Shown: positions 57,689-64,000 of the stretch, in pieces
How positions within the stretch are numbered: the stretch's first letter is position 1
Layout of the letters: every line of letters starts with the position of its first letter
NCBI GenBank assembly: GCA_000002435.2
Contig: CM018793.1
Length of the DNA stretch: 64,000 nt
Source of the DNA: Giardia intestinalis
Lineage: Eukaryota
Reading direction: 5' to 3' (one strand)
Program-made: the position numbers and the translations under genes
Notes under the pieces: model-generated
Seen by the model: the letters and a program-made list of their open reading frames with translations, nothing else
The model's database searches: none
What the model was told of the DNA's origin: nothing

Positions 57689-60600
57689 ATTTTTTTAGAT
57701 TAATAGTGAATTATTTAGATTGGAATTTATTCAACACTCATTTTTAGATTAAAGATCAAGAGTAAAGGGTTGATAAGTTATGTTTCTAACGTTAGTCGTA
57801 TCTGTGCCTTGGCTCTATTGGCCTGTAATGTGGAGTATATGAAGCGTCGTGACATGGTATGCCAAGAAGCGCCCGGCGAGCAGGTATGCGCTAATAACCA
57901 TGGAAAAAAGCACTAGGGCTCTAAGGAAAACATGACCACGCGCGCCTAAGTTTATGAGGGAATTGCCTAATAACAAGTCCATTAGAAGCAAATTGATCCG
58001 AAGGAATTCAAAGATGCCTTGAAAGACGAACCTTCCCTGATAAGCATGTTCATCCGATATCTAAAAGTGTTACTTAATATACGAATTCTGTGAGATAAAG
58101 GGTAAAGGGGGCACTTTCTTATAAGATATGAATCATGTACTAACTGCTACAGATTCTTCTGACCTGGAGATCCTATGCTAATGATCTTTACTATGTATTC
58201 ATTGTGACTCTCAGACCATGGTATGTTGATTTTCTTTGGCAGTCTTCCAGACATGCCTTACGACGCGGGCCTCTGCCTGCTGGCCCTTGCTGCGGGGGGA
58301 CGCCCTTGCCGTAGCGCCCTGGTGGCCCGCGTCGCCGCTGAGTGTCCGCCGGCGCGTAGAAGACGAGGCAGGCCGAAGACGGCCTCCGTTGCCGGACGGG
58401 CGACGCACGGAGAGCATCCTGCCTCTAGCGCTATGCGTTACAGCAGGCTCGGCGAGCTGCCCTGGTGACCTCTAGTCTGTCCAGGCCAGCTGCAAGAGCG
58501 GGGGACTCGAAGGAGACGAGCCTCGTATGTTGTGGGCAGATGACATCCCGGACTAGCGATAGGAGCATGCTATCTAAAGCCTGCTCTCGAGCTTTGTAGG
58601 AAGAGCCTGGGATCTGGATGGCAGAGGCGCGATCGTGCAGATGCTTCGGGCCAAGCGGTGTGTTCGCCTAGCCATTGAGTGTGCTGAGTACCTCGATGCT
58701 GGTCACAGCTACCGGAGACTCGCAACAGAGACAGGCTCTGTGCAGTTGCTTAAGAGTTCTCGGTGCAGCATCAGATTCCCCGTACTCTTTCGATGACCAA
58801 GTACAGGCTGCCCGATGGTTCTAGATTTCAAAAGAAGAGGCTCCTCTGCCGGTTTGCCTATCTCGCACGACGGAGAGAGCAGTTGGGGCTATAAGGAACA
58901 TCGCAAGCGGCACTACTCAGGCCTGCTGGCTCCCTATAAGCACAGAAGAGAACCTTTTAGGTTCTGAGAGCATCTCGGGGGTCCTTGCCATACGCAGCAC
59001 GATAATTGAGAGCATCGCCTCCATACTGCAACTAGCAGGGTAGCTCTGCCGCAAGTGCCGAACCTCCCCAAAGAGAAGAATATAGTGATGAGACATCTGG
59101 ATCTCTGCACATTCTGAGAGCCTGGCTTGAGATACTAGCTGCTGTGCCCTTCGGTATCTCTGTGAAGCAACGGGCACTGCCACGGTGCCCGTTCACTGTC
59201 CCTGTGCATTCTTCGGCACGTGACAAAAACCACACAAAAGAGGCTGCTACTGGCTATGATATTGCCGATAGAAATTCTGACACCATTTACTTCGACCGAG
59301 TGAAGAGCGCAGGCCCGCTTCTATTCTCTCATAGAGGAACTTGGCTCTAGAGCTTTGATCTCTGTTCACACCTATTGGCCCCTGTGATCTGGCTTTTGTT
59401 CGGGGACGCGCAGATAGACCGTTTACAATAGATCGCGTCCGCGGCTTCTAGCCTTCGACAAAAGCTTAGCGACCGCCCAAGTATGTCCAAAGGACAATAG
59501 CAAAGAGAAAGCATACATGCTCAGATACACGGTCACACTGGATGTACTCGACTTGCCTGACGACGGTGATAACCCAGCCATTCAAGCAGGGAATACTATG
59601 ACCGCGAGTATAGAAGAAGCACCCTATCCAAGGGTCTACACTTGCTGATGGCACGGTGGTGCCCGTCCAACCACTTTTCTGATCCGGACTGGAGTCCCTG
59701 CCCACCTCTCTGCGCTGCATGCTCTGTTATGCAAGGGTCTCTGCACAGAGTCCGCTTGCTCGGTAGGACCGGCCAGTCCAGCAAGGCCGCATGTAAGCAT
59801 CAGTAGAGCTAGCCTTCTACCTTCTGCATCGATAAAGATCCGCCTTGAAAGGAGATGGATCGGGTACTAGAAGAGTAGACTGTCCGTCGAGATATCCGCG
59901 TCTTGAATTCCGTGGCACTATAGGTAGTGACTCTCGATCTCGATCTCGGTCACGGAAGACCGAGAGGAGGAGTGGCCCTCGCAGAGAAATCACCGAAAAG
60001 GCTGGGCCGCAACAGCGTTAGAAGCTACATTGCACAGCCTTCCAGCGTATGTTCAGCATGTCACCAGCGACGACTAGCGGGGACTACAAGATGGCGCGCT
60101 GCAGCAAATCTCGGCCTGCCGTCAGGTCTCTTGGGGCCTGGGTCTGACATGTGCGCATCAACATCAGAAGGATATGCATGCGTACTACAAGGGCCTAGAA
60201 AAGATCGTTGAGGATACTCTGCCGGGTATTAAAGATAAGAGGGAGCCATTTGCGAAACTAGCGTGCACGTAATATAGTCGGGTGGGCACATACTGGATAC
60301 CTGTTAAGAGAACGCTGCTTTATGCTAACGCATTTTTGGGACCACAGAAGAGCACTTCGGACGATTCTAATAAGGGCACAACCATACTCGTCAGGGCTGG
60401 CAGATGCTTCTCTTAAGTCTAGGCACTTCGAGACATCTCAAGCGATCGAGCAAAGAGCTCTGGGATTTTGTACTAAGGTTATGCTTAGACTGAAAGAGGC
60501 GAAGGAAGGATCCACAAACCATAGTGTTGTCTGTTAATAGAAGGATGCCTTGGGCAGACTCTCTAGAACATCTATCAGCGTGTATCAAAACTGATCTGCA

Positions 60601-63600
60601 GCATAGTACGGCTTAATTTTAGGAACTTCTGTCCAGGCTATGGCATGCTAAATATAGTCACTACGTAAGAAGATTGGTTTTCAGGGTACCACATTGCGCG
60701 CAATACACAGTGTGGTTCATTGGAAAATTTGTGTCTAATCATTGTGGCAACAGGGCTTCCATCTTGGTAGGTCATTGTCTGGCCAGTAACAAGACTTGCT
60801 TTCGATTCAGAAAAATGAGCGTCTAGGAAAAAATCGCGCACTCCAATGTGCATAGACACTCCGCCCGGCCTATTTTCCTGGGCAGAGCCACCTGTTGGCG
60901 CCTGCGTTGCATATGCCAGAGTTGGAAGGGGCCTCGAAGAAGCCAGCAGCTCACCATGGCTATTGCTGAGGAGCTGGATCGGATCCTCTGTGGCCTGTGC
61001 TATGCTAGGGAAGAACAAGCTGAGGGACGCAAGATCTTAAGCAAGGGCCCGTTGTTCTTACCGCTACGACGGACTACATTAATCATTACGCTTGAGCCTT
61101 GATTACGTCCTTAAAGCAATACTATAGCATAGCAGCAGAGACTGTGAGAATGCTAACTGACCCTAGTAATATATGCTATTGCTAGTGCAGCCCCAGGAGT
61201 GACGTGTCCTTTCTATTCTGCTATGTTACTCTGCACTGTTGCGTGTCACTTCCCACGTCTGGGGCCATGGATCACAGCAGCGAGCCATTGGGCCGCTCGA
61301 AGATGTGCTTTAATTATTCCGAAGGTGCATGGCCTTCGTTATCTGTCTGGATCAGTAGATGAGCCAATATTCTGGCCATTGCGGCTAAAAGTTCCCACAT
61401 GATCTTTTGTGACCCAACAGTACACGACCAGTAGACAGCCAGATGGGTTATTGCCGGTCCATTCTCCACCCTGGGCTAGATGGGCGCGCATCCTCAGCAG
61501 AGTGGGCTCCCCTGGAACTTCTGTGGTCTCAGATCATTTAGAGCATTCTGGGAGCATCCTTGATTCAAACTTGCATTAGACAAGCACGAACCGTTACATG
61601 ACTCAGAGGATCTCTAACTGCTCGACTACCCTACAACCAATGGTCAAACAGGCATTACAATGAGCGCGCCGGAATATCGGTTAATAGCTGTAATAATTGT
61701 GTCATCGATAGTCATCTAGAACGCTACGCTGCAGCTAACATCAAGGAACGCACTTCTGGAAGTGCCGCAGCCCGTTCAGCCACGGCTTCTGCTACCCTCA
61801 GGCCTAGTCAAATTGCTTCGCCAGGACAGAGAGTCATATGACTCCACAGTAGGTAGCTATGCGGCTCTCACCAGGACACTCGGCTTAGGCCAGCAACTGA
61901 TTCAACTTCCCTAACACGGGAACGCATGTTGACCCACTTCGCAATACGCAGTATGGCATCTTTTGAGCGTCGTCTTTGCACTTTGATGCACGGGAGAAAG
62001 CTTCCTGTTTCTGGCTAATTGGCACAGTGTTCACCGTACACTACACCCAGACCCTGCTTAGTTTCTGTGCATAACGCTTATCAGTGCTAGCAGGCGCAAT
62101 GAGTCTGCTATGGGCCGGGCATTCGTGGAACTGTAGACTGGCACAACGATATTCCAACCGCCGTATACTTCTGTGGTCAGAAGGCCTGGACAAACATACG
62201 AACTAAGCACCGTCTCTTAGGCGTTACTGCAGTAGCAGATCGGGTAGAGAGGACGGGAGGAGACCTGGGCAGAGAATCAGACATGGATCCAATTGAGTTT
62301 GGCTGCAAGGGCTATAAAGACCGGGATCGTACAAACAGCAAACGAACTTCTCCAGTAAAAAATATGCAAGACGAAGCATGGGCCTGTGGGAGGGTGCCAC
62401 TCCTATGGTCAATTACGATTAGCTTAACTCATTAGGATGAATAGGACAGTTTCTTCAATGTAGCCCGCCTAATGAAAAGATAATGTGCTAAATACTGCTC
62501 CACAAATAGATTTGTGTAAGCAGCCATGCGTGGCGTAAGGTAATTACTTGTAAACAGATACAAGTAGGGAGATACGTTGCTAATTTTAACGGCCTGACTT
62601 TGCGGAAGGCAACTTAATACCTGTTATGCAGGGGGCAGCTGACTGATGATTTATGCAACCCTGTATTTGGAGAAAGATACCTTGTGAGGGTCAGATAGTT
62701 TTCAGCCATACGCAATCTGACACCAACCGGTAGATCCTCTGATTCTATCGCATTCTGGTCTACCTCTATCTCTTTGCGTCTCTTCCCATTACCTGGACGG
62801 CCTATCTTTTTGGATACATCATGGCAGCTTTCTAGGCCTGCAAGATGCCTCAAAGTTTCTGCTTGAAACTATAGTAATTCGTACCTCTCGATGACGGTGC
62901 GTACTAGAGCTGAGTACCAACTACATATTGTGGTGGTTGTCAACGGAAGCGATACTCTGCGTAGTATCTCTTAAGCTTGCCGTAACAGGCCCCATAGATA
63001 TAAAGGCCACATGTAGTCTCCAGAGAAGCCCTTGAAAGTATCTGTGTTTGGTGACACAACGCACCAGAAACGAAGGGGAACGCCAAAGCGTCGTATGTTG
63101 AGTCGAAATAAGCCAATCTAATGGCTAGGGGTTTGGAGGCTACTTGATGCATTAGTCGTACACGGATAACAAGGAGATCGGGCTTTCATGCGTACAGGAG
63201 TCACTATCTCGGTCAGCTACTGTCTTCTATCGTTTGGCTCTAGGCCCCTAGTCTGCACTCATTATGAAGGGCCCCCTGCATTCGCGGTATAGGATTTGCT
63301 TTGTGTTCAAGCCATTGTGATCCTTATGGATCTGCTGTTGAGGAAGACCGAGCGAGCAGCCACTAAAAACCATAATAAAGAAATAGGGTCTGTGATCTTT
63401 CCACGCAAGCCACCGCCACCCTGGGCAAGCGGGTATCTCCCACCCTTGCATGGCTGAGATCCACAATCCACAATCCAGAATCCAGAAATTGAAATCTGAA
63501 GTCTGAGATCGGATGTCTTCGATCTCGGCAGGAGGAGAAGAAGTTTTGTTCTGCCGCTCGGGAGTCTCTGCTGCTTCTCGCGGTGTCTTCTGAGGATTCA

Positions 63601-64000
63601 TCCCATCCTTTGGCTCGTCGGGGTCACTACCGTTTGGCACCAGTGAGCACACACTATCTCAGGGTCCTGCGTCAGTCGCGACGGCAAGCTTGGCCTTGAG
63701 GGAGCAGCTGACCCTGGTCATGTACTCCAAGGTCTTGGTTCTCTATGATGAAGATCGCATGCCATGAACTTCGGGATATCAACCTCTAGTTCTTCGAGGT
63801 GCTTCTTCGTCTTCTCACGGATTGTATCATCGGTCCCGAGTATGATCAGAGGGTGCGCTCCCCGTGCGCCTCTATCTTGGAGTCATAGTACGCGTTTGTG
63901 GATGTCGATGGAGCACTCCCATGTGTTGTGTCGGGGAAGAGGCTCGGCCCTCTGCTCATGGATCGCAGTGCGCTCTTGCAGGTGGTCCGTCACTCAGCAC
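57689..64000. other. ~6.3-kb region without any long ORF (longest 134 aa); includes a ~280-bp GC-rich island at ~58.24-58.52 kb
   Basis: The six-frame track shows only scattered 60-134-aa ORFs on both strands. This contrasts with >85% coding over the preceding 57 kb. No tRNA cloverleaf, rRNA, RT/endonuclease motifs or long repeats were recognised. Confidence 0.5.
63459..63510. repeat. Degenerate heptamer tandem repeat (ATCCACA/ATCCAGA/AATTGAA/ATCTGAA/GTCTGAG)
   Basis: atccacaatccacaatccagaatccagaaattgaaatctgaagtctgagatc read directly from the sequence. Confidence 0.55.

Noticed and set aside
60638-63652. Weak reverse-transcriptase-like strings (FFLDAHFSE; LGLPQQQ) in minus-strand short ORFs of the terminal region
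   Set aside because: Each is only a 3-5-residue resemblance to RT motifs A/B, and they occur in the wrong N-to-C order for an RT. This is insufficient to call a retroelement.
1-64000. Prokaryotic, phage or giant-virus interpretation (defence islands, operons)
   Set aside because: Products are core eukaryotic cytoplasmic or nuclear proteins (eS12, TBCA, CCDC25, Vps4, Pol epsilon B-like, Bud32, FG-nucleoporin-like, NEK). There are no Shine-Dalgarno-spaced operons, the orientation is mixed-strand, and poly(A)-signal motifs sit at the stops.

Overview
This 64-kb window reads as a gene-dense, intron-free stretch of a eukaryotic nuclear chromosome. Its architecture best matches a diplomonad of the Giardia type; that assignment is an inference from sequence features, with no database search behind it.

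Evidence for the assignment:
- About 27 long ORFs alternate between strands, separated by very short spacers. Several divergent pairs are only 17-32 bp apart, and one tail-to-tail pair overlaps by 16 nt.
- ATG codons sit directly behind short AT-rich initiator-like sequences of the form aaaaATGg.
- Stop codons are embedded in, or closely followed by, AGTRAAY-type polyadenylation motifs.
- The gene content has the diplomonad flavour: an ankyrin-repeat 21.1-like protein with a RING finger, a NEK kinase, an 885-aa high-cysteine type I membrane protein, and giant 2,037-aa and 3,901-aa ORFs.

The ORF track evidently allowed GTG/TTG starts. I moved several 5' ends to the first ATG that carries an AT-rich upstream context.

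Recognisable products:
- 40S ribosomal protein S12
- A Myb-like transcription factor with two C-terminal Myb repeats (Myb2-like)
- A tandem pair of diverged paralogs carrying EF-hand-like motifs
- An RNF5/RNF185-like membrane RING E3 ligase
- A NEK kinase
- Tubulin cofactor A
- A CCDC25 homolog
- A Vps4-type MIT-AAA ATPase
- A DNA polymerase epsilon B-subunit-like protein
- A CaaX-tailed GTPase-like protein with a degenerate P-loop
- Bud32/PRPK (KEOPS kinase)
- A C2H2-zinc-finger-TatD nuclease fusion
- A small FG-repeat/coiled-coil nucleoporin-like protein

No prokaryotic operons, CRISPR arrays, tRNA or rRNA genes, or intact mobile elements were recognised.

Features worth a second look:
- The last ~6.3 kb (57.7-64 kb) has no ORF above ~134 aa and contains a ~280-bp island of ~68% GC.
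- An abrupt compositional jump from roughly 38% to 65% GC occurs at ~40.9 kb, inside a continuous giant ORF, and runs through the convergent TatD gene.
- A GC-rich patch is confined to the AAA core of Vps4.
- A 1.2-kb ORF-free region lies upstream of the Myb gene and carries clustered CTACAG motifs.
- A 3,901-aa polytopic membrane protein of unknown function.
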